A DNA stretch of 64,000 nucleotides from Dehalococcoidia bacterium (lineage in GTDB: Bacteria; Chloroflexota; Dehalococcoidia; Plut-88900): the NCBI GenBank assembly GCA_965197645.1, contig OZ240219.1, positions 2,080,001-2,144,000 on the forward strand, in the 5' to 3' direction. Of the stretch, positions 59,082-64,000 are shown one piece after another (the stretch's first letter is position 1; every line of letters starts with the position of its first letter). Both the position numbers and the translations under genes were made by a program. Under the pieces are notes generated by a model, which had not been told where the DNA came from, searched no databases, and worked only from the letters and a program-made list of their open reading frames with translations.

Positions 59082-59780
59082 ATGCCCGACCTGGATGAGC
59101 TTCAGCGGATCATCGGGGTCGAATTTGCCGACCCGTCGCTTCTGAGCAAGGCTCTAACTCACAGCTCTTTTCTGAACGAGAATCCAGCACCGGGCCTGGA
59201 ACACAACGAACGGCTGGAGTTCCTGGGTGACGCCGTCATTGGCTACGTCGTCGCCCAGGAGCTTTACCTCCGCTTCCCGCACCTCTCCGAAGGTGAACTC
59301 ACCGAGCTTCGTGCCGGCATGGTCCGAGCCGAGTCCCTCGCTGAAATCGCCCTCGACTTGCACCTCGGCGAGTACCTGACCCTCGGTCGGGGTGAGGAGC
59401 AGGGGGGCGGCAGGGACCGTACCGGCAACCTGGGGAGAGCCCTGGAGGCATTGGTCGGCGCTCTTCTCCTCGATCAGGGAATGGAGACGACCCGCTCCTT
59501 CCTACTCAAACAGCTGGAAAGTCGCCTGGGAAGCGCCGTCAAAGAGGGCCCGAAGAAAGACTACAAGTCCCAGCTCCAGGAGTACACCCAGCTCCGATGG
59601 AAGATTCAACCCGACTACGTGACCGTCGAGGATCCGTCGCCCGATAACACTCCGCAGTTCTCCGCCGAGGTCATGGTACAAGGCGAGGTGATGGGCCGCG
59701 GTACCGGTCCCACCAAGCGCACCGCCCAGCGACACGCCGCCGAGGAGGCGCTCCAATGCCTCCAACTACGAGATACATGA
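59082..59780 (+). CDS. rnc: Ribonuclease III
   Basis: ALTHSS, NERLEFLGDA signature, dsRBD DYKSQLQE..AQRHAA. Confidence 0.95.
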   Translation: MPDLDELQRIIGVEFADPSLLSKALTHSSFLNENPAPGLEHNERLEFLGDAVIGYVVAQELYLRFPHLSEGELTELRAGMVRAESLAEIALDLHLGEYLTLGRGEEQGGGRDRTGNLGRALEALVGALLLDQGMETTRSFLLKQLESRLGSAVKEGPKKDYKSQLQEYTQLRWKIQPDYVTVEDPSPDNTPQFSAEVMVQGEVMGRGTGPTKRTAQRHAAEEALQCLQLRDT

Positions 59781-59850
59781 TGTAGAGATTCGCCGCCTAG
59801 TTTTCCCTTTGATATCCGCCCTAGAGCGGATGTAGGCTCTTTCCCGAATC

Positions 59851-59958
59851 GGCCCCACTCCCAGATCGGTTTGCCCTCCCACCCGCCCTGGGACGTATAA
59901 TTTTGGGGGGCACATCCCCCAATCCCCCTGCCAGAGGGAAGCCCTCTGGAATCCTTGG
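59851..59958 (+). repeat. Repeat unit B
   Basis: GTTTGCCCTCCCACCCGCCCTGGGA..GGGGGCACATCCCCC..CCCCCTGCCAGAGGGAAGCCCTCTGGA. Confidence 0.85.
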
Positions 59959-60060
59959 AAGGGGAGCCTGGGGCAAGCTTAGGGGTTGCAACACGGCCCG
60001 GACTGCATCCGTAGGCGCGCTCTGCTCGCTTAGACTGCCGGGGGAAAGTCGATGGAACAA

Positions 60061-60200
60061 GGGGTGTGCAGAGGGGCGAAGCAAGTTCTTCTCAGACTAC
60101 CTGCTGGGGGCCGGGAGTCTGAGGGTGTCCCTCATAAACAATCGATACCCCCTTCCTGGCTAGGAAGGGGGCCAGGGGGATGGTCGAAAGGGTGCTAATA
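60061..60200 (+). repeat. Repeat unit A with a different internal replacement
   Basis: GGGGTGTGCAGAGGGGCGAAGC[..]GCCGGGAGTCTGAGGGTGTCCCTCA..CCCCCTTCCTGGCTAGGAAGGGGGCCAGGGGGATGGTCGAAAGGG. Confidence 0.85.
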
Positions 60201-60266
60201 ACACTCAGTACAACAATGTTGACCCTGTTTTTCGCAGCGTGCTAGGATAGCTTACCGGTAATCGAC

Positions 60267-61202
60267 ATGCCTTTCCTGAAGCTCCTCAAGCGGGAGAAGA
60301 AGACCGAAGAAGCTGTCCAGCGCACCAAACGCGGCTGGTTCAATCGTGTCACCGGTATCCTGCGCAGCCCCAAGATCGACCAGGAGTTCTGGGACGATCT
60401 GGAGGAGCTGCTGATCTCCGCCGACGTTGGTGTCACCACCACCACCAGGCTCTCCGAGGCCCTCCAGGAACGCCTGAAGAAGGACCGGTTGCGGAACGCC
60501 GATGAGCTTCAGCAGGTCCTGCGAGAGCAGATGATCCACATCCTGAGCTCTCCCGGCAACAACGGTGGGTTCCTGGCTTCCACCGATGCTCAACCCGCGA
60601 TCGTACTCGTAGTTGGGGTCAACGGAGGAGGAAAGACCACATCCATCGCCAAGCTCGCCCACGCCCTCAAAGAGGATGACAAAAAGGTGGTCATCGCCGC
60701 GGCCGATACCTTCCGTGCCGCGGCCATGGAGCAGCTGCAGGTATGGGGCAAGCGGCTCGAGGTCGAGATTATAGCCCATCAGCCGGGCGCCGATCCCGGG
60801 GCCGTCGTGTTCGATGCCCTCCACAGTGCGAAGAGCCGCGCCGCGGACGTAGTCCTCATTGATACCGCCGGCCGGCTTCACACCAAGTACAATCTCATGG
60901 AAGAGTTGAAGAAGATCAACCGGGTCATTAAACGCTTCGACCCCACCGCCCCCCACGAGGTATTGCTGACCATGGATGCCGTTACCGGCCAGAACGGCCT
61001 CTATCAGGCCAAGGCTTTCGTCGAGGCCGTCAATGTGACCGGGATATTTCTGTCCAAGCTGGACGGCACGGCCAAAGGCGGCATTCTCCTGAACATCTGC
61101 GAAGAGCTGAACATCCCCATCCACTTCATCGGTACCGGAGAAGGCCCCGAAGACATGGCCCCCTTCGAGCCCAAGACCTTCGTCAACGCCCTCTTCGATT
61201 AG
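60267..61202 (+). CDS. ftsY: Signal recognition particle receptor FtsY
   Basis: GVNGGGKTT, DTFRAAA, DTAGR, KLDGTAKGG. Confidence 0.95.
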   Translation: MPFLKLLKREKKTEEAVQRTKRGWFNRVTGILRSPKIDQEFWDDLEELLISADVGVTTTTRLSEALQERLKKDRLRNADELQQVLREQMIHILSSPGNNGGFLASTDAQPAIVLVVGVNGGGKTTSIAKLAHALKEDDKKVVIAAADTFRAAAMEQLQVWGKRLEVEIIAHQPGADPGAVVFDALHSAKSRAADVVLIDTAGRLHTKYNLMEELKKINRVIKRFDPTAPHEVLLTMDAVTGQNGLYQAKAFVEAVNVTGIFLSKLDGTAKGGILLNICEELNIPIHFIGTGEGPEDMAPFEPKTFVNALFD

Positions 61203-61535
61203 CTCGATTCCAGCCCCGCACGATCGTCCTGTATCCCCTTGATGCACCAGGGCTACAGACATGATGCTTGTCTCAAAGAGACTGATGTCTCCGTGCCAAT
61301 CGCCCTCCCTCGGGCAGTTTTGTCGATGGAGACACACTGATCTAACAAGGAACAAGGGGGCGGGGAGCCTGCGGATGCCATCCGGGGCGGGAGGGAGGGT
61401 AAACTAACGTGGGTGGGGGTATTGAGCAACCCCAGCGATGAGCACATCAGATGTAGAGTTCCGGACATTCCATCATTATCGGTGTAGACCCGAGATAGAG
61501 TAGAGACCGCTATCAGATGACCTTGTTGACCTTCC

Positions 61536-63971
61536 ATGCTTGACTTCTTCACCTGGTGGATATCCCTGGAGGCCGCGGGTCTTATCGCCCTGCCTCTGGC
61601 CTTCCGCTTGTTCTCGGGCCTCCCCGATAGGGGCTACGCTTTCGCCAAGCCCCTGGGCCTCCTGCTGACCGGGTACCTGTTCTGGCTAGTAGGGCTCACT
61701 GGATTTCTATCCAATAGCCGTATGACCATCGGGCTGGTGGTGATTGCCATTGGAGTGGTTTCCCTCTACCTGTTGCGCCACCACTGGCCCGACTTGGGGA
61801 AGTTCCTTTGGCGAGAAAGGTGGACCGTTCTTGCCGTCGAGGTCCTCTTCTTCGGGGCATTCGCCTTGTGGGCACTGGTCCGGTCCTACGATAGCGCCAT
61901 CCTCCACACCGAGCAGCCCATGGATTTCGCCTTCCTCAACGCCTCCATCCTGTCTCAGAACTTCCCTCCCAACGATCCCTGGCTCAGCGGAAACTCCATC
62001 AGCTACTACTACTTCGGATACCTGATAAGCGGAGCCTTGGCCAAACTCACGGGCGTTGCCGGGAGCGTCGCCTACAATCTGGCCCTCGCCCTGGTCTTCG
62101 CTCTTACTGCTACGGCCGCCTTCGGCCTGGTGTACAACCTTGTCCGTATGCACCGCGGTGATGGCCGAATGGGCCAGGCAACGCCTATAGCTCTGGGCCT
62201 TCTCGGCTCCCTGTTCGTCGTGGGAATCGGCAACCTCCAGGGCTTCGTCGAGAGCATCCGGACCTTGGGCCTTGGCACCGACGGCCTCTGGGACTGGTTT
62301 GGCGTACCGGGCTTCAGCGGCGTCCCCTCGGACGCATCGTTGTACCCCGACCAGTACTGGTGGTGGTTCCGGTCCACCCGTGTGATCGAGGCTACTGCGG
62401 GTGACGGCGTCCGGGCCATCACCGAGTTCCCCAGCTTCAGCTTCATCCTCGGCGACCTCCACCCTCACGTGATGTCTCTTCCCTTTGTGCTCCTAGTGCT
62501 CGGCCTCGGACTCCAGAGCCTGACGTCTAAGGAGATCGTAGATTGGCAATGGGCCGTAAAACACCCGTTACGGGTGCTGATCGTCGCCGTCGCGCTGGGC
62601 GCTCTGGCCTTTCTAAACAGCTGGGATCTGCCCACGGGAGCGGCCGTGATTCTCGGCCTCACACTGCTCAATAACTATCGATTGTGGGATGGGTTGAGCT
62701 GGGAGCGACTCCGCGACTGGGCCATATTCGCGATGGCGCTGGGCATCCTGGTGCTGCTTCTGTACCTGCCTTTCTACCTCGGCACCAGGCCCCAGCCGCT
62801 GTTCCCCTGGGTCCTACCCGTCGAAGACGTTAACACACGGTACATCCACTATCTGCTCGTACTTGGGTTGCTCCTGTTCTTCTGCATCTCCTTCCTAGTC
62901 GTCCGCACGTGGCCTATATGGAAGAGGGCCGGGTTCTCCTGGCCTCTGGCCGGCGCGTCCGTGGGCACCACCCTCCTCCCATTCACCGCGTGGATCGTAT
63001 CGGTCCTCCTCCTGGGAGCCGTCCAAGGCGATATAGCAGACAGCCTGACCGACGTAGGCTGGCGGTTTGTAATGCTCCTGCCTCTGCACGCCGTCATCGC
63101 CGTAGCCCTGTTCTCCCTGCTCCGATCGGCCCGTCCACTAGGCCGGTCTGGGCCCCCGTCCTCGACGAGCCTGCTCTTTGTCCTCGCCCTGGTCCTGACC
63201 GGATTCTCACTCACACTCGGCCCAGAGCTATTCCGCATCGCCGATCTCTTCGGTACCCGGATGAACACCGTCTTCAAGTTTTACTACCAGGCGTGGATCG
63301 TGCTGGCCATCGCCTCCGCCTTCGCCGTGTACTATGTATCGACGAAATGGCGGCGGGACGCCACTTGGCGTAGGATGGGCCTGCTCGGCTGGTCCGGCGT
63401 TGCGGCGGTTCTGGTCGTCGGTTCCGGCCTTTACGTCTATGGCGCTATCGAGAACAAGACCGGAGGCTTCTCTTCGGACCGGAGCCTGGACGGCCTGGCT
63501 TTCGTTGAGCGACGCAGCAGCGCCGAGGCGGAAGCGATGCGATTTCTGGTCTCCGAAGGCGCTCCGGACTCGGTCATCGTAGAGGCCGTAGGAATCACTC
63601 GCGATGGCTCTCCCTCGGGCGACTACCACCGGGGCTTCAACGAAGAAGGCGAACCGTTGAACCTGGAGTATGGTCGGGTGTCCGGTCGCACCGGGCTGCC
63701 CACTTTGCTGGGCTGGGCCGGCCATGAGCACCAGTGGCGAGGCTCCCGCCACGGCTTCAATGAACGGATGAACGACGTAACCGAGATCTACACCGGCTCC
63801 GATGCATCCCTCACGAGGGAACTCCTGGACAAGTACGGCGTTACCTATGTATACGTGGGCAGTATCGAAAGGGCCAGATACGATTCCCTGGACATCGAAA
63901 AGCTGGACCGGATAATGGACAGGGTGTTCGATGAGGGCGGCATAACCATTTTCGGGTACGATGACCAGTGA
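61536..63971 (+). CDS. DUF2298 / Chlor_Arch_YYY polytopic membrane protein (GT-C-like)
   Basis: EQPMDFAF, DPWLSG.SISYYYFGY, ITEFPSFSF..DLHPH, RMNTVFKFY, GLPTLLGW.GHE.QWR. Confidence 0.85.
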   Translation: MLDFFTWWISLEAAGLIALPLAFRLFSGLPDRGYAFAKPLGLLLTGYLFWLVGLTGFLSNSRMTIGLVVIAIGVVSLYLLRHHWPDLGKFLWRERWTVLAVEVLFFGAFALWALVRSYDSAILHTEQPMDFAFLNASILSQNFPPNDPWLSGNSISYYYFGYLISGALAKLTGVAGSVAYNLALALVFALTATAAFGLVYNLVRMHRGDGRMGQATPIALGLLGSLFVVGIGNLQGFVESIRTLGLGTDGLWDWFGVPGFSGVPSDASLYPDQYWWWFRSTRVIEATAGDGVRAITEFPSFSFILGDLHPHVMSLPFVLLVLGLGLQSLTSKEIVDWQWAVKHPLRVLIVAVALGALAFLNSWDLPTGAAVILGLTLLNNYRLWDGLSWERLRDWAIFAMALGILVLLLYLPFYLGTRPQPLFPWVLPVEDVNTRYIHYLLVLGLLLFFCISFLVVRTWPIWKRAGFSWPLAGASVGTTLLPFTAWIVSVLLLGAVQGDIADSLTDVGWRFVMLLPLHAVIAVALFSLLRSARPLGRSGPPSSTSLLFVLALVLTGFSLTLGPELFRIADLFGTRMNTVFKFYYQAWIVLAIASAFAVYYVSTKWRRDATWRRMGLLGWSGVAAVLVVGSGLYVYGAIENKTGGFSSDRSLDGLAFVERRSSAEAEAMRFLVSEGAPDSVIVEAVGITRDGSPSGDYHRGFNEEGEPLNLEYGRVSGRTGLPTLLGWAGHEHQWRGSRHGFNERMNDVTEIYTGSDASLTRELLDKYGVTYVYVGSIERARYDSLDIEKLDRIMDRVFDEGGITIFGYDDQ

Positions 63972-64000
63972 CCATTCAAAACTATAGGAACCACCGTCCT

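Overview
GC-rich, gene-dense bacterial chromosome segment. Its gene content points to a Chloroflexota genome, most likely SAR202/Dehalococcoidia (inference, not a database result): seven luciferase-like flavin monooxygenases, three Amidohydro_2 enzymes, two amidases, tandem Rieske oxygenases, a DUF1800/DUF1501/NHL operon and a YYY/DUF2298 membrane protein. Most of the window is catabolic paralog expansion. Housekeeping genes are a DEAD-box helicase, tRNA-Gly(TCC), an OGG glycosylase, a tRNA nucleotidyltransferase, rnc and ftsY. Signals the ORF track misses or does not explain: (1) a DsbA-like selenoprotein at 58441-59061 with an in-frame UGA at the catalytic Cys position and a SECIS-like hairpin; (2) a DEAD-box helicase that appears to start at a non-canonical ATC codon; (3) a modular family of intergenic palindromic repeats arranged as inverted pairs with nested inserts; (4) an islet with a fused DNA methyltransferase-HNH nuclease, a palindrome-covered promoter and two orphan genes sharing an identical 17-bp initiation region; (5) a recent Rieske alpha-subunit duplication diverged mainly in the substrate pocket; (6) a promoter-leader-terminator unit upstream of a TreT-like gene. 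No CRISPR array, rRNA, integrase or transposase was seen.
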